Source: Asterias rubens | Taxonomy: Eukaryota | Assembly: GCF_902459465.1 (NCBI RefSeq) | Contig: NC_047073.1 | Coordinates: 13,268,001 to 13,332,000, forward strand | DNA length: 64,000 bases | Reading direction: 5' to 3' | Shown: one piece after another, positions 37,408 through 49,200 of the stretch | Position numbering within the stretch: position 1 is the first letter of the stretch | Layout of the letters: each line of letters starts with the position of its first letter | Translations under genes and position numbers: made by a program | The notes under the pieces: model-generated | What the model saw: only the letters and a program-made list of their open reading frames with translations | What the model was told of the DNA's origin: nothing | Databases searched by the model: none

Positions 37408-37488
37408 GAGAAACAAAATGGCAGTATGTGAGCACAGCTGAAAGTTGACAACACACAGCTATGCCAACATCTTGCCTCTTTGGCACTC
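37408..37488 (-). ncRNA. mir-31: microRNA mir-31 hairpin, copy 3
   Basis: Mature 37477-37456 is identical. 3p arm matches copy 1; loop and flanks differ. Confidence 0.93.
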
Positions 37489-39773
37489 TAATTTAGCAGG
37501 CAAAATTGCCGAATCAAACTTCACAGTGTGGTCACTGTGTGCATCACTTAGGGCTTCGTAACCACAGCGGGTTGGTATAGTAACAACCCATTAGAAAGCC
37601 CGTTAACTCGTAGATTGATTAGATTTAATTAAGAATGATGGGTGTAGACTTCATAAGGTGCAAGCCTCTATGGTGCAAGCGACTGTTTAACCATAGAGTA
37701 AGGGTTTAACATGTCAATTAGAAGCCATACTATTAGATGTCCATTAGCTTGGAGGCCACTCGGTAAAAAACGAAATATGTTAGAACTGGCCGTTAAAGTG
37801 GAGATACATTGCTCTTGTTTGGAAAGAAAATGGGCACTCTTTCAGGTGTAAATATAAGGCTACAGCATTTGCATCGTGATACCACACACATTACATTCAA
37901 AATAGTTGAGGAAAACCGCTGTCAAACATACATACAAGACAATTTAAGAATGATAATATTTCTGAACATAAAATTTGGCGCACTCCCAAAATTTGGTATT
38001 TCAGCTCAACTGAGCACAAGATATTTTTGTTCATTGGTATAGAAATACGTACCTACAATCAAAAATGGAGTTGTAGTGTTGAAATTAGCCCGTGTGTGAA
38101 TTGACCTTGGTATGGCACTATGATTTTCCACAGTAGAAAAGCTTTCATGGAACGGTTAAAAGGCCGCATATCCACGGCATTTTACCCATGGACCAAAGGT
38201 CTCTTTGCACTGCGATAAAGATAAGCCGGGGTGTGTTTTATGTATACAATACCTCAGGTCGGTTTTAAAACGTTGCGTGGCTTATTTACCTAATTGATTT
38301 GAGTATCGCCACGTTTAGTTCATTCCGGTTAGAGTTAACAATTTATTAATAGCACAGGTCATCAACACACACCTACAATGATCAACAATAACATATTTTT
38401 TTTGACAAAAGATTTTATGTCATCTTTGAAATAAATAATTGACTTGATACATGATTCTACCTGTGGAGGCTACCTCGTGCTCTTGCCTACCTAGTGCCAA
38501 TGATCGTATCCTTCATAGGTGCAATATTCTTCTTCCCCTTTTATCCCACAGGTCGTGGTTCGTGACAATGTACCCCATCCCAAATCGACCCATCCACCCT
38601 TCTCCAACAAGTAAAGATAAGACGTTACGTAACTAACATTTGTACCCATTGCTTGGGTATTGACTGAGGGTATACAAAACGGGGTTGTACCGCAACGATT
38701 GGTTGTGACTAAACGCCATTTTAACAATGCACGTGCGTAAACCATTTCTGAGAATTTTTTAAAATGGCGGGAAAACCACAGCAACGAGCAATGTCATAAT
38801 GGCCGTCTCTAACAACGGAACTTGAACTTTGTGAGAAAACCACAACATTCTTCGAGTGTTTTCATCAATAATTATGCAATTTTTTTTAATAATGCCATTT
38901 TGTATAATTGTTCAATCACACACAAGTTTTTGAAATAGTAACTTTTACCAAAATGAGGCTCGTCTCGCATGATTTTGTCGCACAAAATGTAAAACCTAGA
39001 TTGCAAACTTTGACTGAACTTTTAAAATCATTGAAGAGTAACAAATAATAAAAACTATTTCCTATATCTATAACGCGGTAGGAGTGACCTGCGTATGTTA
39101 TTCCGCTCTATTCATAAGATTTTTTTCAAGGAACACTTACAAAAGACCGAACAATAGGTTATTTTAGATGAATTCATAGGATCCGGTCAGTGAACATGCC
39201 GCTCCACGATGGTGGTTATAAAATAGGTGTAGTTTTACACCGCACGGTGTGTATGTGTAAAAGCATCAAGGTAGAAATAGAAAGATGGAGGTCAACAGAA
39301 AGTCGTCAATGCTTCACATAGCTGAGTTTTGTTAGGTAGTTCGTCATGAATTATTGCAGTTTGTTATAAGATACAGTTATCACTAGCTATACAAAGGAGG
39401 CAATGTTCACTTAAAGTTTGATATATTGACATATAAGCACATGGTTGACAATAAATGATGACTAAGATGACACAATATTACATATAAAATTGTTATTAAT
39501 CTATTATTTATAAATGTTAAGATCAAAAGATCAAATATTCTCCATGATTTAAAAGATGCTAATTTTAAGTAAAATGTGATCCAATTAAAACGGTGTTCGC
39601 CATCAACATTCATATTACCACTTCTCCGTTAAGTATTAGATGTAAAACTTCAGATAAAACATCTACAACAAGCATTGGGATAAGTCGAAACACTTCACAA
39701 GGATAAATGGTACATTGATCCATTGATCATTATTATACATGCATTTCAAAAAAAATACTTAAATCATACTCAC

Positions 39774-40059
39774 TGACGAACATGGGAGAGGTGTCTAGCG
39801 TCTGATCTGGCGGGTGTACTGATGTTGCATGAGTGTTTAGTTGTGTTGTTGTGTCGAGTCGAGGACTAAATGCTGGTAGCAGTTTTGCCAGGTCAAATTT
39901 CGGGCATGCTTGCGTCGACCATCGAAGCATAGGAGTGGTACCCATGTCTGAACCACGCCGGTAATGCAGTGGAGAGCACCCCATACCCACCTTTAAATTG
40001 ACACGGCTGGGTGGCTTTCGATTCCATTTGGCTGGTTTCAACAAGTGAATAGGTGCCAT
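39774..40059 (-). CDS. CDC20: Candidate distal alternative first coding exon of CDC20 / host of the mir-31 cluster
   Basis: ATG 40059 in good context with an upstream in-frame stop. 95 codons + 1 nt, then a consensus donor CA|GTGAGT (phase 1, same as CDC20 coding exon 1). MAPIHLLKPAKWNRK resembles the CDC20 N-terminal API....PARWQRK motif. GC-box GGGGCGGGG near 40323. Confidence 0.45.
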
Positions 40060-43000
40060 GCCATCAGTCACTACTGTGGTTTCCTATTCATGTTGGGCAA
40101 AATGGTGCACGCTCACGATGCTGCATTCCACCGGTCCATTGTTACGTGGTTTGTGTATTATGGGCGTTTTACGTATACGATTGACATTCAAATTACTAAG
40201 CTTTGTGTTTTGTTTGACCCAATGAACAATGTAGAGATGGGTGACGACATCTACGCACTAGGGGTAGATTTAAATAACTTTAGAAGTCTGGTGTCGTCCA
40301 TCCACTCACAGCCGAGCCAAAAGGGGCGGGGTTTAGCTGACCAGTAACAATTGCTAGTGAACCCCAACGTTAATTATCTATCACAGGAATTTCGCCTAAT
40401 CCGGTTTTAGATGCCTTTACGCATAACAATACCACACCAAGTATAGCTTAATAGTATCACCCGGGATACGGCAAACCCCAATGCACAGGCCAATGCTCCA
40501 TGGACTTCAATGCAAACACTCTACTATAGTCCCCTACATGGTTTGTATAGAAAAAGGCTTTAAGACTGGACTTACCAAGCTTTTTTTCCTTTCTTTGGAA
40601 AGCCTTCTTGTGCAATGAAAAAGCTTCACAGGTTGCGTTTGCTTTAGTTTAAGATGGAGGGAAAGAAGAACTAATTGACGGGTGGTGAGGGGAAATGAAG
40701 AGTTTTGTTTTGAGGGGACGCGATTAGGGAGTTATTGAAATGAGTGGTCAATCTGTGCATAGAGCAAGGATCTGTGAGAGTTAAATCTACAGTTAATTTG
40801 TGAAAAACCAGAAAAATGTCACTGCGTGGTTCTTGGTAAAATTAATGAAACCAGTCAGTTAAAATCTTGCTTATACGAAGGAATAATGCAGTTTGCATTA
40901 AGGAAGGATAATAAATGATCAAAAACACTAGTTTTACTCACTGTTGACAAATGGAACCAACTTTTACAACATGTCCTAATATTTATCTGTACTTTAAATA
41001 TATATATATAACTCTTGCTTAGTTATATTGGGCATTTCAGAAAATATGTTTAATTTGAAACGAGGAACACTGTATTTGTTAAGAATACAAGTTTTGTTAT
41101 CATTTTTTAAATATTCCATAGTATTTTCTTCTTCTAAACCCCAGAATTTAAACGGTTGTCATTTATGTCATAGCATTGACAACCCCCGCCAACAGTTTTC
41201 TTCCACTTGCAACTTCGACAACCAATTGAGTTCAAAGTTTCACAGGTTGTGCACATGTGGAGATACATCAAGTGAGAAGTCTGGTCTTTGACAATTATCA
41301 AAGGTGTCTTGTGTCTTTAAAATGTATAATGAATGCGTCACTATGACGACACGCAATTTTGAATTGGCACACCTTCTACGATGCCCAACAATGAGGAGCA
41401 GAGCTGCCTCATGACGACATGATTCAGCAAACGAGAAGGTTGTGAAATGCGCCCAATCTTTGCCAAACGTTTAAGTGGTTGACCCGAAAGAAGATTAACA
41501 GATATACAACAAATTTAAACGAAAAAGGGAAAACATTTTTTTTTTTAAACCAACGACCTCATATAAAAAAATCTTTGCTCAGCCCCAAATTACTTAATTC
41601 GTTTAACACTTTTTTATTCTTCTCCCATTACACCAATATTGTGTTCATGTCTCGTAATCAAGTTATAGGTGAACAAAAAAACGTGGGTCAAGACAAGTTG
41701 GAAACTTCACCGGTCTTAAAACCTTAAAGGTACTGGGGCTCTATTGGTAATTCCTCAAACTAATTTTTAGCATAAAGCTTACTTGGTAACTAGCAATGGA
41801 GAGCTGTTGATAGTATAAACCATTGTGAGAAACGGCTCCCTCTAAAGTAACGTAGCTTTTTTTTAAGTGTAATTAATTATCCCCCAATTAATATTAAAAA
41901 ACTTCGGTCCTGAAACCTTTTATTTGCATCTGAAAGCACACCCATTGTGTAAAAACGGGTGTTTTCTTGCATTACTCTCTTGAACTTCAATGACCAACAG
42001 CCAAACTTTGGACGGATTTGTTAATGCGTTTATTGGGATACCAAGGGTGTCCAGTGCCTTTAAAATGATTGAGCATCAATGAAGGGAACGCGGCATGGAC
42101 TTGTGAAAAGTGGAAACGCCTCTTTAATTTTTCTTTAATTATCCCCCAAAAATACCAGAAGTTGCATCGACTAATAATAAAGAGAAATTACTTTTTTTAA
42201 AGAAGAATAAGAGAAAGAGAGAACAAAAACAACACAAATATTGGTATAATTTTTTTTAAAGGACAAGACTTTCTTCAAAACTGCATGCCTGTTTAAAGGC
42301 ACTTTACTCATTTAATGTCAAAAACAAGCTCTCACTCGGGAATGTACTGAGTATACAGTGCTTACACACATCGGTGATGGGTACAAAATAACATTAACAT
42401 CTCTTTTAATCGTTCCGGTAGCCGCTGCCAAACATAGGATTCGAACTGCTTCAGCTACCGGACACTGCTCTAGAATTGCATGGGTCGTGGGTTCGAATCC
42501 CACCCGAGTAACATGCCTGTGATGGTTTTTTTTTCCCCACAGGACTCGGGAAAGAATACTGAGTACAGTGCTTACACACATCAGTGTATGAGTGAAATAA
42601 TGAGCTCGATCTCACTTGGTGTATCCCAATGCATAAAGTATTATGTAAACATTAATTGGTTGAATTAGTCATCAAAGTTAATGAAAGAAACTAAACCCTC
42701 TACACAAATTTGTGTGATTTCAGAGTGCATGTAAAAGGCCCGAGGCTTGAACTTTTGTACTAAAAATTTTATGAGAAATTACCTCTTAAAAAAAAATCCC
42801 TACGTTACTTCAAAGGGAGTCGTTTTTAAATTTTTAATATTTTTATCAACAGCTCTCCATTGCTCGTACCTAAACATTTTGAGTAACTACCAAATGTGTC
42901 TAGTACCTTTAAGTCATGGCTCATCACAATATTATGACATACTTTATTTTATCAATGCCCCTTTAACACTTCAAGCAACCTCACTTCGTAATGCCCAAAG

Positions 43001-46000
43001 ATGCAGGCCTCTATGCTCCGATTTTGAAAGGGCAGAATTACCAAGGCATTTCCACCCATGGGGCAAATTGTAAGGCACCTGAGACAATTTTTAATTTCAA
43101 CTGGAGCATTTTAAGGGCACGGACACCGAGGACGGAAATCGCCCCGGTGCCCCGTGTGAAGACAGCATTTGTATAGTTGCCATTTTCTAACAGTGTACTA
43201 ACACCATGCCAGTCTGTTGGAAGTGCTACCTGCTGCGATCCCTTACAAAACGAATACCACAACAACTCGGAAATTGCTTTCTGTTTCATCTTTTGAAATG
43301 TTGGTCCTGCAGTGATCTGTACCCTGGTGTATTGTCAAACGTGGGTCGCCCAAGAAGATGTTGGGGAGGGGAGTAAATGACAACTCACTAGCAAGGAGTC
43401 TGTTTGCCGCGAAATATTGTACATAAAAAGGGGTATTACTGGAGTATGTTTTGTCCGTTGCTAGCTAGACTATTGTCAATATTGTGGATGCCCTAGGTGA
43501 AAAAAACCTGAAGTGTAACCGTATGTAAACAGCGTCAAAATTCCCGCTCTTCTTGTGCTCAAATATTTGACGTAAGGATTATGGAAACTACAGTCAAACG
43601 TAAACAATATGCAAATGAAGGGATGTGTTGTTTTGTTTTCAGATAATAGACGGTTCCCAGATTTGGAAAACAGCCTCACAATAAGTATACTCCAATGCCT
43701 TGAAGATTGTTATAGACCAACTGTACGCTAGATTTGAGGACTTTTACGATATGGGCACATCCAGGCTTTTGGGGCATAAGGGATGGTGTACCATTTTTGG
43801 TGGTGGTGGGGGTCTTGTTTGGAAGGGGATGCAGGCTGGGACCCCATCTTTTCCCTTTTTCTTGCTCTTTTTATGGAAAAACTTACGTATCCTGCCACCA
43901 CTTTTCATTATAATTATACAAAGGAGTAAAATCATCTCTTAAACTTTATTTTATTTCATAAAGAACTTGAAAAATTAGGGGAAGGAAACTTTCAGATAAT
44001 AGACGGTTCCCAGATTTGACAAACTGCCCCACAACTTGTACGTATCCTGCCACCGCTTGTTCACTAATTTTTACAAAATAGGAATACAATATTTTCACAT
44101 GAGTAAATTAGATACTATTTTATTTCATAACGAATGAAAAAGGGTGGCAGGCAGGATCATACGAAAAGTTTCCCTTTATATTTTGAAGAATTTTGAATAA
44201 AGCTACATTGCAAACTGCTTGTCAACCATATTGGTAACAAAAAAAAACCTGTTATTGGCCTGGCATTTTGACATGGGGTCTTTCTCGAAGGCCTAGTTAT
44301 TTTTGTGTGCACGTTCGCATGTTGTTGTGGGGGCAACTGTACTGTTGTCAGGGGGTTACTCACAATCTGAGGTCTCAAAACGGAATGATTGTTATCTCAG
44401 AGCAATAATGGTGAGTACACCGACCCTTCCGAAAAAAAAATAGTTGTGGTAGGCCTACTTGTTTATAGAATCGAAGATTTTGTGAGTACCCAAGAAAAAA
44501 AAATCCATTATTCCTACATTATTTCTTTTGTCTTTATGATACGGCATGTTCATTCAGAAAGAATATAATTATATAGGCCAAGTCAAAATGTAAACAACAA
44601 TAGCAACAACAACTGAAGTTTGTGATCACTTTCAGTAACCGAGTAACAAGCAATTCATTTCGTGATACCCGTGAAGACGATAGCTTGTTTAAAGACACCT
44701 TAGACCTTTGGTTATTGTCAAAGACCTGCAGTCTTCACTCTTGGTGTATCTCAACATTTTATGCATACAAAAACAAACATGTGAATTAATATTTGAGCTC
44801 AATTTGGTCGGCGAAGTTGCGAGATAATAATAATATAAGAAAAAAACACCCGTGTCACATGCTTGTGTGCTTTCAGATGTTAGTGATTTAGAGACCTCAA
44901 AGTCTAAATCTGAGTTCTCGAAATCGATAATGTCTCACAATGTTCTATACTTACCAACAGCTCTCAAATGATCGAAGTTTTTACGCTAACAAATTTTTTG
45001 AGTAACTACCTTTAAACCCGTTTGGTTGGCCGTGAAAGATTTTGTTTGCATCTGAGCCATGTTTCACAATGTTAACATTCAAATGACCGGGTGGTGCAGC
45101 TGGTAACCACTTAGCTCCAATTCACAAGGCACTAAGATTCCTCTTAGAGAAGTTTTTTTTGCCATGACATGATTTACTCACTGTGAATTAAAGGCAGTGG
45201 ACACTATTGTTAATTACTCAATTATAGCATAACATTTTATTGGTAACAAGTAATGGGGAGAGATTGATAGTTTAAATCATTGTGAGAAACGGCTCCCAGC
45301 CTATGAAGTAACGTAGTTTTCGAGAAAGAAGTAATTTTTTCCACGAATTTGATTTCGAGACCTCAACGTTTTTTTAAGAATTTGAAATAAAGTGAAATTC
45401 AACGCAGGGGAGCAATGTTTTCAGGAGAGTCGCGTAAAAAATACATTGTAGGCCGCCCTACTACACGTTAAAATAATGTTCGTGACATTGTTTTACTCAT
45501 TTAAAAAAAAGAATACAGAGTCACAGCAAGTACTAAAGTGATCACAGCAAGTACTAAAGTGAAGCTTTTGACCCGTCATTATCTTCAAACCGTGTAAGTT
45601 TGTACGAAAATCTTTGTGCCGTACAAAAAGTAGGCATACCCTAGCAAGGTGTCTTGTCTGTGTAGTGATGTGTAAAGTGTGACACCACCACTTTGCCAGC
45701 AGTTAAAATGGATTTACACTATATCTTTATTGTCTGTAGCACTTTAGGAATATTGAGCCCAAAGCACAGTCTCTCTGGGCGCCGCCCGTGAGACAGGTAT
45801 CCTATAATTTAACTGATAAGTTTATCATGCTTCTATTAGTCGCACCTGTAATGGTAATGAGGTGGTCAACATTGTTATACAAAGAATTATGTTTTCTCTT
45901 CAAAATAGTGAAAAAAAGATTATCAACTTGAGCGATCGGATTGGAGTTAAAATCTTCTGTTTTTAGGTTTAAAACAGGGGGCTTGACTTTTCCCTTCGAA

Positions 46001-46267
46001 TACACAGAAAAGACTGCACGAAGATAATGTACATGTGTAAATCATGGGACACCCCGCCAATCTAATGGTAAAATTTCCGCCAACATCGCTCATCGTGAAC
46101 GCGCTATCGTCGTTCGCCCTCTATTGATAGAGGGCGCCCTTCATCCCTCTCTTTCACTCTCTTTCACTCTCTCTCTCTCTCGCAGGTAAATAAATTCAAC
46201 AGGTGTATTATACTCTATAGTAATACAATGATAAATCACAACATATATCGTCCAAAATGACAGGACA

Positions 46268-49200
46268 ATGGTTGCCCATGGAGGAAGGGAAATTGCCACA
46301 ATATATATCATTTATAGATGTCTTCTTATCCTACCAACATTGGCAAATATATGTAAGTATTGTTGTGAATCTTGTACTTTTAAAATGTAAACAAAGATCA
46401 TGAGATCAACAAGTACATTTAACTTCGTACTTGTCTGCGGCATCTAAAAACAGTAGATTGTTTATTCATTGTTATAAACTTTGTTCGACTTTGTATAAAC
46501 CCGGAAGTTTCCAAGTAAAATATATTACCATCGTCCAAAGTAAAAGTGTGCCCGCGAGTCCGGCGACAATGAGTATTTAGCTAGGAACTTTTGCCCCATT
46601 CCCATTATATTATAATATAATTAGTAATGAATGGTTTAAAATAGTGCACAGTTGGGGAATAGCAATTATTCTACTCAAGGATCTCTCAGTCTCAAGGAAT
46701 ATTATATAATTTATCGGTCACAACTCAGCTCGGGTAGATCTTTCCCTTTTATTTTTGTGTTTAATGTTTATAACTTTAAGCCCTGCAGTTATAATTTTTG
46801 TGACACCTGTTGCAATTATGCCAGTTTTTGGTTTCTGCAACGAAAAGTTACACTTACAGATACAGTTTACAGACTTTTCTCCCTAAATTTTGATGACCAA
46901 TAGTGCGATTTTCCTTTTTGGAAAAAAACACAGAATTAAAGCGTCCTTAATTTGGTTGAGTCTGTTTAAATTACTCTTGTCTTAGAACTAAAAGTTCGTT
47001 TGCTATTGCTTCCTCCATGCTTAGTTAGAGTTTAGACGACAGTATTTTTCAATTAAAATTGCATAATTGATCCATCCTCACATTGCTCCCAGTGCTGCAT
47101 ACAGATGAAGAGGTTTCCATTGTAGGTAGTACAGTGAGACTTAACTGCAGTCTGGAAGCGCTCAACCAGACTCATTTCTCACCAATCAATATAACCTGGT
47201 ACCGCAATGAAACCGCTCTGGTTGGAGTCAGGACTCCAACAATCCTTCTCGGTGCGACATCCTCAACTCTAGTCCTCCGTGATGTTCAGTTTAATGACAG
47301 CGGTACTTATTCTTGCTCCTTGACCGAGGCTCAGACATCTGCAAGGATCGAAATCAATGTTGGCTGTAAGCATTTTTAAATTAATGTTGGTTTATGGTTT
47401 ATTTAAAGCAATCGCACAACATCGGTAAACAGTATTGTCCAAAGGCCCTCAGATCTTGTATCACAACTTATACAAAATAACAAACCTGTGAAAATTTAGG
47501 CTCAATCGGTCATCGGAGTCAGAAGAAAATAACAGGAAAACCCTCCCTTGTTTCTGCACGTTTGGCCGTGTCATATGACATGTGTTAAAAATAAATCTGT
47601 AATGTTTTCTCAAAAAGTAAAGCATTCCGTGGAATAATATTTCAAGGGAAGTCTTTCACCATTACCTTCTGTAAACCCTGTAAGTTATTTGTAAATCTGT
47701 GAACTTTTAATTTTTGTTCTGTTCAGAAAGTGTCCAATTGCTTTAAAAGAAATCATTCAAACATTTGCGGTCAAACAACCAAATTGCATTATGAATTTAC
47801 AATTTTAAAAGACTTGCAAATCACACAAAATAAAAGATTAATTAAACATTCTTTTAAAACTTGTTGTACCCATTCAGAATAACATGATTCATACCCGACT
47901 CTTTGTTTCATATCAGAAAGGGATTTAAAGCAGGCATGCAACTCTTCCGCGTTTCCGCGGAATTCCACGTTTTGTTTTGGTTTTTTTAACGTGAAAAAAA
48001 AAAGGGGAATTTTGTTTTTTTTGTAGCCTAATATATGCCTGGCAACAACAGTGTACAACTACAATCATGTAAAATAAGCCTAATTCATGCTAACAATGCA
48101 CCTAAGAGCATAATAAACCTCAACATTGTCTAGGGTACCATTGTGGGTATCATGTCCCATGGCGTTTCGGCTGCCTCGCTTCGCACTTGCGTTGTGCCTT
48201 TGAACATTTTCCTCTTTTTTTTCAACGGGTAGTTGCATGCCTGTTAGAAGCTGTCAAGTCTGAAAGCTTACACTGTTGTAAGCGCAAATATTTTCTACAT
48301 AAAATGCAGGCATGTAGGAAGCCAAGTTCAAACTTGTTAATAGGTCCCATTATTTTTTTTCTTGAAGCCCCTTAGTCTGATTTGCTTTTAGCTCTGTTTG
48401 GGGCAACAAGTCTTTAAAAAAACACATTACAATTTTTGAGGTTGGTGCCCTAAACACTTTCATTTTTTTGAGCATGCATTTGGATGATGAACAAAGACAA
48501 ATTTACCTGAGCAGGACTTAATGAACCTACCCACAAGTTAAAGGCACTGGACACTATTGGTAATTGTCAAAGACCATTCTTCTCAATTTGAGCTCAATTG
48601 GTCATCAAAGTTGCTAGATAATAATGAAAGAAAAAACACCCTTGTCACACAAAGTTGTGTGCTTTCTTCAGATGCTTGATTTCGAGATGTCAAAATCTAA
48701 TTCTGAGGTCTCAAAATTAAAAGTTCGTGGAAAATTACTACTTTCTCAATAACTACGTTACTTCAGAGGGAGCAGTTTCTCACAATGTTTTATACTATCA
48801 ACAGCTCCCCATTACTTTTTACCAAGTAAGGTCTTATGCTAATAATTATTTTGAGTAATTACCAATAGTGTCCACTGCCTTTAAGGTGACTTTGCTCTAC
48901 CAACTGAGCTATGTAACCCTATACTTGGCCAGGTCTAAAATAATTACTCTACAAGTATAACTAAGGATTTCACCCTATAAAGCTAAGCCTTTGAATCTGT
49001 GAACCCTTTTCTTGTTTTAGGAACTCCTCTCGCCCGAGCCCGAAGGAAATTTAATGTTTTGATGTTTTTTGTTTTAGTACCCCCAGAACCAGCCACTGCT
49101 TTAAAGTGTTCCAGTAGTAACTTTGATAACTCCATATGCACATGGAATAGAGGAGGCCAACACAGTAACCTTCTTACTGAGGACAGTGTTGAGCGAGTTA

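Noticed and set aside
38455-38620. Hydrophobic reading frame / possible plus-strand exon (acceptor at 38551)
   Set aside because: Bounded by stops, with no start or partner exons and no recognisable family.
42455-42510. tRNA gene calls here and at 10719, 21280, 25590 and 53830
   Set aside because: A/B-box-like heads without a complete cloverleaf, each attached to a repeat body; these are SINE-derived.
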